Shown here piece by piece: positions 22,162 to 33,820 of a stretch of DNA of 64,000 nucleotides. Position numbers and translations under genes: made by a program. Every line of letters starts with the position of its first letter. The first letter of the stretch is position 1. The notes below the pieces were generated by a model. The model saw only the letters and a list, made by a program, of their open reading frames with translations, did not search any database and had not been told where the DNA came from. The DNA is from Epiperipatus broadwayi (taxonomy: Eukaryota > Animalia > Onychophora): the NCBI GenBank assembly GCA_028023455.1, contig JAQFVV010000009.1, positions 5,828,001 through 5,892,000 on the forward strand. Direction: 5' to 3'.

Positions 22162-22840
22162 AGGAAACAATATCTGACACCAATAACAAATAAATATACC
22201 TGTTAAACTCATACTGAAATTTTTCATATATCATGTTTATATTATCACATCTTATTTAGGGATCTTGAGAAATAAATTTAAAAACTATGTTTATAATTCT
22301 AGCTATGTCAATGCTGGTATGTTTATCAATATATAGTTATTTAGTCCTGTCCAAATAATCAACAGATGATAAAGATGTAAGAATCTCATATCTTTTATTT
22401 TAAAAATCTATATGATTTATGCCCATCCAATTCTTATACATTATCTACTTTTTTTCTGAAACTAAACAGATCATTTCATTATTAATCCTACGATATATCT
22501 GAGCTAGTTATTTCTGAAAATGTATATTATAAAGTTCATTTGTTATATAAGAAATTTTTAAACATAACGTTAGATGTACTGTGAAAGATTTTTAGCCATA
22601 AGATCACATTCGGTAAATATAGATGTTTGAATTAATATTATTAAATAATTGTATTTATAAATATTTTATTTTTGCAATTATGAACATGTATATATAGATA
22701 TTTATCTATAATATATACATATTTAAATAATAGTGTCATATCATCCATAAAGATATATATACACATAAATTTATAATCTAAACTTTTTTCAAACTAAGAA
22801 GCAACATTAAATTTTTAAAAATTATTGTAGCATTATATTT

Positions 22841-23544
22841 ATATAATTCTATAATTAAAAATCACTTCTTTTCTTTTCAAAAACTTTATTTGATGTATAT
22901 ATATATATCCACTTATTTCCAACGTTTCGACTATCTTTACTCTATAGTCATTTTCAAGGATCTAGAAAAAACATTACATTATAAACAAACTTCACATAAT
23001 AAAAACAAAAACAAAAATAAAAATAATCAAAAACAATATAAAGCATATAAACCCCATAAAATTTAAAAATAAATAAAATACATTAAAATCAATTAAATTA
23101 AAAACACAAAACATACACCACACTTACTTGACTCCCTTCTCAAAAAACTTTCCCTTTTTACATTTTTTATCCAAAAAACCAATTGTTTTTTTATTGTAAC
23201 AATTGGTTTTTTGGATAAAAAATGTAAAAAGGGAAAGTTTTTTGAGAAGGGAGTCAAGTAAGTGTGGTGTATGTTTTGTGTTTTTAATTTAATTGATTTT
23301 AATGTATTTTATTTATTTTTAAATTTTATGGGGTTTATATGCTTTATATTGTTTTTGATTATTTTTATTTTTGTTTTTGTTTTTATTATGTGAAGTTTGT
23401 TTATAATGTAATGTTTTTTCTAGATCCTTGAAAATGACTATAGAGTAAAGATAGTCGAAACGTTGGAAATAAGTGGATATATATATATACATCAAATAAA
23501 GTTTTTGAAAAGAAAAGAAGTGATTTTTAATTATAGAATTATAT
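22841..23544. repeat. 704-bp palindrome (347-bp arms, 10-nt loop), PLE pseudo-LTR-like
   Basis: 22841-23187 is the reverse complement of 23198-23544, with no mismatch I could see. Loop tttttattgt. Confidence 0.95.
23425..23467 (+). ncRNA. Hammerhead-like motif, U3-A8 core variant (mirrored on the minus strand at 22918-22960)
   Basis: UCC-UUGAAAA-U-GACUAU(AGAGUAAAG)AUAGUC-GAAA-CGUU-GGA. 6-bp stem II, palindromic AACGUU, and only a 3-bp stem I. Confidence 0.5.
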
Positions 23545-24892
23545 GGCTATATGTACTGTATATTTTTGAAAAGAAAAAAGGATTGAGTCGTGATTAGAAA
23601 CAGAAGTAAATGGATTTGTCATTATATTTATATACACTCTTTTATGCAACTACAGCATATTCTATTCACAATCTTGACTCTTTTTTGTATAGATGCTTTA
23701 CATTTTTATTGTTTTCAATACTTTACAATAATAAAGTTTCTTGTGCTAAAATTTTGTATTTATATGTCCTTAAGCTGGAAATTTGATGACAGATTCCATC
23801 AGGTATTCTGGTAAAATAAGTATTGGAAATAAATTACAATGTCAATCCTATGAAAATTTGAAAAGCTACATTTTTAACCATATGGAACTTTATATTTGTT
23901 TCATATTATACATATCTTGAAATAGATTAATCAAATTCTAAAAATATATATGACTAACTCATTCAGCCACAAAAAAAAATGTAAGTAAAGATCAATCAAA
24001 ACAATTTTTTTTTGTAACTATTGTTTAGGGTGATCTTAATGACAAATAAACTTGAATTAAAATTGCATGATTTAGTACAGAGATGAAAATGGCTGACCAG
24101 GAATTAAAAGTTTCTAGACCAATCCTCAAAAAAAAAAAAAAAAAAAGTAAAAGAAAAATCTCAATCTCTGATCAGGCAAAGCTCAATTACCTTGGTTCTC
24201 AAATGTCATATAACAGATTTATATATATATATATTAGCTTGGATTCCTCCTCCCTTCCATTTATCTAATATTACTTTGCAATTTAACACAAGAGAAACTT
24301 GTTTTTAAAGTTAACTATAACAAGATATTATCATCAGCATAGTTTAAACTTAGAAAATAATTAAAATGAAATTCTCACATTTTCTTATAATCAGTTCATT
24401 TAAAAAACACCATCAAACTTATATAAAATCTTGACAACTGCTTTGTGAAGGTTCTTATAGATAGTCCCAAAAACCATCGTTATAAAATTGTAATGCACAT
24501 TTCTATTTAACACTAGTTTTTATTTTAAATGCTCAGAATATTCTATAAATACTAATAAAGCTTCTCATATATTGGACCAATGCTATCATTAGATAAACTA
24601 GGCAATTGCCTGTGGCACAAAGCTTAGTGAAGTATACAATACTGATATTTAAAACTCATAATATTATACAAAATAGATATTTTTGCAAATATGTTTGTGC
24701 TTTTTATTTTTTCTATAAAATATTTTTAAATATTGAAGCTGATAAGTTTTTTTGGTACTTGGGTATTATTCCTGCAATGAAGAAAAGATAGAAGCCCTTT
24801 TCACATACCCAATAAATGTGTAATCTTGCGATATCAAATTGAAAGAAAATAAACCCTGCGATGTATATTGAAAAACCTGTAAAAATGTGATT

Positions 24893-25060
24893 CTCTTTTT
24901 CAAAACGTACTTTGATTGTTATTATTTTGCATTATTTATATTTGTCAGTTGCAAAAACATTGTCTTTTTCAAAACGTGGTTTGATTGCTGTTATTTTGCA
25001 TTATTTATATTTGTTAATTGAAAAACATTCCTTTTTTCAAAACGTGATTTGTTTTTTGAT
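24893..25060. repeat. ~69-bp minisatellite, ~2.5 copies
   Basis: ctttttcaaaacgt...ttattttgcattatttatatttgt recurs, with caaaacgt at 24901, 24970 and 25038. Confidence 0.8.
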
Positions 25061-25194
25061 AATTTGATTGTTGTTATTATGTATATTTCTCAATTACTTT
25101 AGTTCATTTGACTTCAATTTAATGAGTGTAATTAGTTTTCATATTTTATACAAAAATGAGAACACATTTTTCTCTAGACTCGACGATATAAAAC

Positions 25195-25400
25195 AATTTT
25201 TTCCGCCTGCATGAAAAGTCTTACAATTGATATTTGTTTATTGTTCTGAATTATTTGTTTGGTTTTGTTTTGTGTATTTACAAAAAAGTATAGGTTTATT
25301 AATATTTTTCTTCAATTTTTTCCGCCTGCATGAAAAATGGTAATAAAAGTCTTATAACTTATATTTCTTTATTGTTCTGAATTATTTGTTTGTTTTCTTT
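25195..25400. repeat. ~119-bp imperfect tandem duplication
   Basis: tccgcctgcatgaaaa...ttgttctgaattatttgttt at 25202 and 25321. Confidence 0.75.
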
Positions 25401-25808
25401 TTCTTTTTTAAAAAAAAAGTTTCTTAGTATTTTTCTGGAAAATCTTGACACACTTTGCAATCATATGTTCATTTTGGGGGGAAATTTTTCAGTTCAGGTC
25501 TATTTTGTTGTTTGGACGCGATTAATTCCTGTTATTTATTAAAATGTAAGTAGCGTATGTGTATATTTTATGTGTTTTTGTAAATATTATTTTAAAAAAA
25601 TTATAATTTAGTGATTGTTTTAAGCATATGTAAAGTAAGATTTGAGAGTTTATTCAATATATTTTCGGGGGACCGAGAAAATGTAGTTTTTAAGATAACA
25701 AATTTTTGGTTTACAATGTTGTTTTTAATTATCCATTTATTCCTGCAAATCATACATATGTTTATTTTTTTTATAGTTTTACTTGTGTATGAACATGTTA
25801 AACTTAGC

Positions 25809-26010
25809 CCTGCAATACGGTATTAGAGGTGCTGTACCTTTTCATATTTGTGTCAATCTGCAGATAATTTTGTAAATCTTGCGAAAATATCATGTCACTT
25901 TTTCACAAATGTGAAAAATATTGTGCACATGTTATTTTGGTCAGATCACAAGATTACAAAGTTATCAGCAGATTCATACAAATGTGAAAAGATGCAGCAT
26001 GTCTTGCAGG
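25809..26010. mobile_element. Small degenerate hairpin MITE
   Basis: 25831-25885 matches the reverse complement of ~25945-25998 imperfectly. Outer cctgca/tgcagg ends. Confidence 0.5.
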
Positions 26011-26706
26011 AATAATATCTAAGTAACGTTTTTTTATGGGGGGGGGGGGTCAAGTAATTAGTTTTTCCTAGGGTGCAAAATAGTTTAACACCAATCTTGC
26101 TCATATGATCATGCAGATTCTATATTATAAAAGAAAACAGATAGATAATATTCAGAAGAGAATTTCAAAAAGATCAATTTTGTGACATAGTTCTAATAAA
26201 TCAAGCATTTTGAATATTACAACAAAAACATACTAATTTTTTTGTCTCAAATCTTACATTTAAATTAAATTGACATTTGTAAATTATTAATATTTTATGC
26301 CTTTAGCAGATTCTGTTATTCCAAGCAGAGGAGTAAAATATGGTCAATATTTTTACCTATTATCCATACCAACAATCAGACCAAGAGGGTATAAAATATA
26401 TGACCAGCAGTCACATTTCTAGACCGTTGAACTTCTTCATAGCTATAGGAAACAAACACCTCTCTTGTTAATATTTTTATTTGTACTGGGATAATTCCCG
26501 GGTGGCATTAGTCAAAACTGATGAGAATATTAACAAAACAAAAAAATGTAAAGCTTCTGGCATTTGATTTTATCTGACTAGCACAAGGAGTAAGAAACTG
26601 GCTTAAATCAGACTATTAGAGCAAGTACATTTATAATGCACGTATATAATTAACTCTAAGTTTACTTAATACTATTAAATGGTAAATAAAATGTTATATG
26701 GTAAGG

Positions 26707-27106
26707 CAGGGGTCCCCAACCCTATGCTTGCGGGGACCATGATGCCCGCAGACCATTTTATGTGTGCCCGCCACTATCCGAACACGATAAAAAATTATTT
26801 ATCTCATACAAATAAATTTAATTTTTAAAATTTCTTATAAATTATTGTATTATATTGTAATCAAATTGTAGGGCATACTATACTTTTACAGTGTAAAAAT
26901 ATAAACGTTAATTATATGTTAAAATTTTATTTTTGAAATAAATATTTTTTTGTACATTATGTGTATTATTAACAATATCCAACTATAAATTTACATTGAA
27001 AAAATAATTGGTGCCCTCTACCTGGTTGAAAAAAAATAAATGGTGCCCACCACCTGGCCGGTATTATAGAATGTGCTCTTAAGTGCTAAAAGGTTGGGGA
27101 CCCCTG
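26707..27106. mobile_element. hAT (Charlie-like) MITE
   Basis: Perfect 15-bp TIR caggggtccccaacc/ggttggggacccctg. Perfect 8-bp TSD tggtaagg (26699-26706, 27107-27114). Confidence 0.95.
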
Positions 27107-27262
27107 TGGTAAGGTATGGAGAGAGAGAGAATAAAGCAAATTAACAAATCAAAATAACATGTTTATTTACACAAACCCAAAGCAAAATTAACATTAACAT
27201 AATAGTCAAATAAAAGTGAAGTAAATTAATTGTGTTTTCCTGAAGGTTTGTGATGATGGTGT

Positions 27263-27479
27263 TTTAGTTGTATTTATATGCTGGACTATTTCCATCATCT
27301 AATATGAGTATTAAATGTCTTGAGAAAAATTTAACTTTATTCAAATACATTCAACTGTTAGTAATAGCACATCAACAGTTGCATGTGTTTGGAATATTTA
27401 AATAAAGTTAAATTTTTCTAAAGACATTCAATACTCATATTAGATGATGGAAATAGTCCAACATATAAATACAACTAAA
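27263..27479. repeat. Hairpin (~95-bp arms), MITE-like
   Basis: tttagttgtatttatatg...ttcaactgtt pairs with aacagttg...catataaatacaactaaa, with few mismatches. Confidence 0.8.
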
Positions 27480-27584
27480 TTAATTGTGGTCTTTATTGCT
27501 AATGATTAGTCCACTTCTAAAATAAGGATAAACAACCCAATTGCTTTTAATTATAAAGTTTCAAAAGAATAAGTTTGTCTAGAT

Positions 27585-29987
27585 CAAGGATGGGCAACTT
27601 TTTCCATCAGCAGGCCAAATAAAATTTTTGTATCATAAAGCAGTCTGGGATAGATCGAACAATTTAACAAAAAAAATCAGAACTTAAAAAATGTTATATT
27701 ACTTGAATTACCAAATTATTAATGTATTTTTAAAAAAAGTAAATACAATATTTAATGACTTAAATAGGAATCAATTATATATAGATAATAAGAACTACAA
27801 TTTGTAACAATTTTATTGTTATGATAACAAAGTAAATGCAGAAAATGAAAACATTAATGTGAGACATTAAATTTGGAATCTTCCTGACTTATGATTTCAT
27901 CAAAATCAGGATTCAATTCACTAGTGGCTATTCATAAAACTGCTCCTAAATTTTTATCCATCATTCATGATCTAATTTTTCTCTTTGCATTTTTCAAAAA
28001 AGAAATGTAGTTTCACATAGGAATGTCAATCCAAAGAATGTTAAATATTTCTGTGCATTATCCAGAATATTTTTGAACATTTCTGGATTTAACGAGGCAT
28101 AAAAGTCCATTATTGTTTTTTTTAGCAAATTGATTCTGTAATATTAAATGTGAATGTGATTGTAAATTTATCAGTTTCAACTGGATACAAGGTGATACAT
28201 TATCGACATTAAAATTAAATGGTAGACTTAATAAAGATAGATCTTTAGAAATTTTCTGATAATCATCAAATCTTCTTGTAAATTCATTAAATAAGTCACT
28301 TAATGTAGCCTCATATTTCTTAAAACCAGCACATTTTAAGTTTTTTTCTCTTTTTTGCAAGATTGGAAAGTGATTTTAACTGTTTATTTTGGAATTGTTG
28401 TGAAAATAACTTGAGTTTTCTCACAAACGATAGTCCTTTCCTTTATAATAATAAATTTAATTCATTTTGATGCTAAAACATATCATTGGAAAAGAAAAAG
28501 TCATTCAGTCATTGTTCATCTTTTAATTCACAAAATTCATTCGGTTTGTTTTTAGCATTTATAAAACTAACAAATCATGAAATCATTTTAACACTTTTGC
28601 AAGACTATGCCATCTTATGTTCATATGGTAAGGAATATCAGTAAAATCACATTCAATTTCTTTCAAAAATGTTATCAATTATACAATGTAAGAAAATTAT
28701 TTCTTTTTCTGGAATACGCTTACTCTTTTTAATAATCCAATGTTTTTTCCTGACAAACTAGGACATCAAGTGATTGTGCAATTAACAATTTTGTCCCACT
28801 TTATATTACATTTTTGCAAAGTTTCTTGAAGAGCTATAAAAATATCTTCGCCAGTCATTGTGTCTTTCATAGGGTATGCAGAAAGTAATCCCTCCATAAT
28901 TTATACCTCGAATAAAAATTAAAATATTTGCTCATATTGGTAATGTCACATGACTCATCTAAAGCCAGTGCATGGTAAGTGCAATCTTCCAATTTTAATT
29001 TATCACATAAATTACTTGAAATATTATCAATTCATCTCACAAGAGTTCTACATGATAGAGACATTTTTTTTTTATCAGGACACAAAAATTCAGCAATATC
29101 TATCAAACATTCTTTCATAAATTTCCCATCAGAAAATGATTTACATTGTTTTGCAACCGTATGTACAACAATGTAACTAACTTTTGTTACAGCTTTATCT
29201 GTATTTGACAAAATTTTCAGAGTATTTTGTTGCTTATGCAAACTACATTTTAATTTTTCTGCTTCAATTTTTATTTGTTCTGGTGAAAATAGTTTATATT
29301 ATACAAAATGCTTTGTTGAAAAATGGCTTTTTAGATTATATTCTTTAAAAACGAAAATAGTTTTATTACAAACCAAGCAAACAACTTTATCATTTGTATT
29401 TGCAAATAAATATCTGAATATCCAATTATCATTGAAAATGCAGCATTGGCATCAATTTTTCTTTTTTTTAATGAACTCATTTTATAGGTTATAAATTATA
29501 TTAAATTAAAAATTGTAATAATTAGAAATGGCATAAACTTACTTATAAAATATCATGCATCAATATTATTTTTTCCAATAAGAAGTTAAACCCAAAGGAA
29601 CTTTCATTTGATTGATGCTACAATAATAATTAGGAAATAATACTCTGATGCTGAGTAGAGTACATAATATCCCTTAAAAACAGAAATTAACATTATTTGT
29701 TTCATGATTCCTCCCACATTTTTATATTTTGTAATATAAAATTGGTATTTTAGAAGTTATGATTAAATTTATGCAAGTTATGATACATTTTTATAATTGG
29801 TATTTTATATTTTTCATGGCATTAGGATGAAGTTAACATTATATGAACATGTGAATGATAGGCCTGGAGATTGTGGTTTACAGCGAGTGTAGCTAGGTAT
29901 GGATTTTCTATATTTAGGTATTTATGGGGCAGATTCAACATCATCATTGACCAGATGTGGCCCGTGGTTAGCTGTTGGCCACCCCTG
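27585..29987 (-). mobile_element. Decayed hAT transposon, SPIN/GTF2IRD2-like transposase
   Basis: TIRs caaggatgggcaac / gttggccacccctg (11/14). TSD gtctagat / gtctagac. The transposase relic runs 29480 to ~27854 (MSSLKKRKID, VVCLVCNK..FKEYNLK, FSDGKFMKECL, FTRRFDDY), with many stops and deletions. Confidence 0.88.
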
Positions 29988-30079
29988 GTCTAGACATTGG
30001 ATTTTGTATTTTATATTTGCCTAGGTTTTTGTTGTAGCTTTGTTTCTGGAGTGATCATCCCTCTCCTCATTGAAGGTAA

Positions 30080-30450
30080 TGGAGTTCATTAGTGGGCATT
30101 TCTAACTTCTTTTGGCAGCTGTTTGCTACTCTAATTCAGATTGGGTACATATCTTGGTCTTGTTTGCAATAATGTTTATATTTACAAGCATGGATCTCAG
30201 CAATGGTAAACCAAGGTCTTTACTATATGTCAGGCATAAGATGTTGAAGAAATTGGGCAGTAAAACCTGAATGAACACCCCTCTGTGACTTAGCAATGTA
30301 TGGTAAGATTAAGATATCCACAAATATTGCTATACCTTCATGATTGATAAACAGAAAAATTTGTGTAGCAAATCAGCAGCAGAATGCTTAACAGAGTACT
30401 ATTGATTTAACAGCAAACTAAATGATGGACTCTTAGCAGAAAATTTAACA
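30080..30450 (-). mobile_element. Very decayed LINE RT fragment
   Basis: Degenerate GVxQG-like and NxxKTK-like readings on the minus strand, with many lesions. Confidence 0.35.
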
Positions 30451-33301
30451 AAACTTTATAGACTTTGCACAATTGACGGCAATGTAAACCTAGTATGTTT
30501 GGTTTGATACCATTGTATACATTATAAATAATAAATTATTGAAACTAAAACTCTATAGACTTCTCATAGTAAGACTTGTCAGAAGAATAAAACAATAAGA
30601 AATTTGCAACTTTTATATCTTTGCCATCCATTGTGACTACCCGTGTTATTAATTATTTTTTCAAATTCTTTTAATTAGTTAATCTTCTCTTCTTATTTTT
30701 TAATTACAACTTCATCAAACTTATCAAATCAGTTGGAAATACTAATTTATAATAAAACTGAATTCCTTCTGATCAGATAATTCACAACAATTAGAGATTT
30801 TTAATTAGATTGCTAATTACCTAATTTCAAATGCTTATACCTCAAAATTATTTTACTAAATAACTTTGTGTGTGATCAGGTGGGTCACCAATATGAGATG
30901 GCCCTGAGAAGTGGGTTGTGCCATATTGTACATTTATAAATTTTAATATTTTCTCTCCTTTTTTTGATCCTGATTACATACAATGATCTGAGACAGAAAA
31001 AGACTGCAGTCGCATAGTAAAATTTATTAAATTTATGAATCTTAACTTTTTTTATTTATTTACATTTTTTTTGTATAACATATGACCAAAATAGTATATA
31101 TTGCTGCTTCCCAGAATATTAATTAATTACTGTGAATGAATGATTATAATAGCCTTTGAATACTGACATCCAGATGAAACAAAATATTGGTATTAATGGG
31201 AGACTGACTATTATGTAAAATTAAATTTTAAGTAGAATAGCTTGCAAAGTACTTTTGTACATTTGTAAGAAGCTTTCAGTGTTTTGTCTCAATTCCATTG
31301 TTTATATTATGTGTAGACATATTCAATATACATAAATAAAATTTTAAAATGCAATAAAATATAGTATTGTAAGATGCAAATGAATTCTTTGTAAAAAAAA
31401 AAAAAAAAATGGCTTGATTTATTCTAACTTTATTTACTTTTTGCAGGTATATAAAAAAACAATGCTGATATTAAACCATGGTTCAGAGTAACAGAATATT
31501 GTTTTGATATACTGATTAACATAAAGAGATAACTTTAAATGCATAAATAGGTAAAACAGAAGGAAGTCTGTCATGTTCTCAAGATAATTTCTAATTCAGG
31601 TAGTAGCTGGAAATTTCCAAGCAAGGACAGAATTTTTTTTGCTAATCATTCTATAACCAATTATGTTGGTCATCCACACTGAAAAAAAAAAAGTTAATAT
31701 TTTGATACTATAAAGGTTAAATATAAGTGAAATATAAAGAAATCTTCACCACAAGTTAGGATCAGATTAAGGTAAAGATTGATACAATAACCATTTACAT
31801 CAGAAATTAAAAAATACAAATAATTTATATATTTTTAAATTTTGTTTTATTATCCATATTAAAAAAATTTCTCTTTGCCTTTTTTTTCCTAGCAATGTTT
31901 ATATTTCTTTAAAAATATCTATGATAATTTATTTCCATTGAAGGTAAAAGTGTGTGTAAATATATAAATAGAAAATTTTCAAAGGTTTATAAATTTAAAT
32001 GCTAGAAATTTGAAAAGATTTCCCTGTATATTTTTAAAAATAAATTTCAATTATGATGTAATGAAGTAAAATATCAATTAAAATATAAATTGCACATTAA
32101 AATATTGTGATCTAGCATTTGTGTTTGTCTTGAATACTTTTAAGCCAAAAGGGAATCCATTTTTAGTTCACTGCCCAAACTTATATAAGGATCATAGATC
32201 AGACAATAATACTTTGTGGGTAAAACTTGCCAAATATTTTCATAACTAAATAATTCTCCTGCAAAGAATTATATATATTTTAAGTAAAAGATTTTCACAG
32301 GTTCGTAGATTCAAATATTGGAAATTTAACAGTATTTTTTGTGTATTTTTATAAATACATTTCAGCTTGATGTAATGAAGCAAAGGGCTAATATATATAT
32401 ATAAAAAAAAAAAAAGCATTGCAAGTTGAAATTAGGTTATTTAATATTTGTACTTGACTGCATAATAAGCTAAAAGTGGATATGATTTTTAGCTTATAAA
32501 GACTGCTTTTAATTAGTACGTCATTGTATCATAGCTGAATTTTACAAAAATTTAAAAAAATATTCATTACATTTCTAATTAAATTTCCAAATCTGTGAAA
32601 ACCTATGTAAAATTATTGTAAAGTCTTAATTCATTGTGAAAATATTTAGGCAGTTGTTATACTTTCAATTTTCACATATATCTATGCTCCATATATAAGC
32701 TTAAGTAACAAGCTAAAAACAGATTCACTTTTAACTTAAAAGTATTTCAGATAAATACAATGCTACATGTGCAATTTGCAATGACTTAAATTAGTAATTT
32801 GCTTCATTACTTCATATCTAAAATTTATTTATAAAAATATATGGAGAAATCTCATTAAATTTTTAATATTTGTATATATATATATAAACTTTAAATTAAA
32901 CATAGCTGTATACATAAGCAGAATTAACATATCACCCAGGTTATGAATTAAATATACTCTATATGTTGAACAAAGGATCAAGAATACAATGAATGGATTC
33001 GTTCTATTCTTGATCTTCTGTTCAACTCTTGCTCTTATATGTAAATATATAGAATCTAAACCTTCGTTTGTAAATAAATAAATAAAAATTGTTCCATTTG
33101 TAAAAGAAAGTCTTATATTCATAGGAAGCCATAATTAATAGAATTAAAAGAATGAATGACTCTTTCAAAAAAATCTATTAAATTTTTTTTTACATATCTA
33201 AAAAATTTTTTAAAGAGACATCACTGTATTTCACAAATGATACAAAGGACATTTGTATAAATCACATTCCAAGAGAAAAAAGAGGGTGTTAAGAAAGTTA
33301 G

Positions 33302-33690
33302 TTAAAGTTTCTTGCCTGATTCTTTTTCCCGAATTTATGCTTTAATTGTATTTTTTAGTTTTTCAGCTGGAACAAGCATGTCTTCTGTGAGAGTTTATCA
33401 ATTAAAGGGATTGGTATTGGAATTTAAAAGATGTCAAGCTATAATAAATCTTTCCATGATAGTACCACTTGAAAGTACAACTGGATCAATTACCAAGATA
33501 TGCATAAAACAATCTTGAAATTCATCTGGAACATCACTGTAATCCACTTGTCTTTTCATGCTACTAATTAAGATTTTGTCCACTTGAGTGGGAACTGATT
33601 TACTTGAGTTTCAGTTTTAATCATAGTTTTTTCATTCATCCTACTGCATCATCAAAGAGTTGTGTAAATAAATATGTCAGTTGGTCAAAA
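33302..33690 (-). pseudogene. UBE4B: Pseudogenised C-terminal fragment of ubiquitin conjugation factor E4 B (Ufd2) including the U-box
   Basis: 33550 to 33302 reads [78 protein letters not shown]. This is collinear with the UBE4B/Ufd2 U-box as I recall it (DYSDAPDEF..P.M..LM.DPV.LPSG.IMDR..I.RHLLNS.TDPFNRQ.LTE.ML.P). Upstream it reads DQLT-(D)IYL and LFDDAV. Confidence 0.85.
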
Positions 33691-33734
33691 TATAAATAAG
33701 AATATTGATATATATTAATATATACATAATTAAT

Positions 33735-33820
33735 AGTTTATTACTTCAAGTTCATAAGAAGTTCATAACATAGCTGGAACTGTGATTCATAGATCTTGAA
33801 CTCCCCTTTATTATTCTACC
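33735..33820 (-). mobile_element. Short SINE-like repeat, related to 62605-62820
   Basis: Minus strand ggagttcaagatctatgaatcacagttccag matches plus-strand ggagcccaagatccatgaatcacagttccgg at 62641. Confidence 0.5.

Noticed and set aside
33312-33518. 68-aa plus-strand ORF
   Set aside because: It is antisense to the U-box pseudogene.
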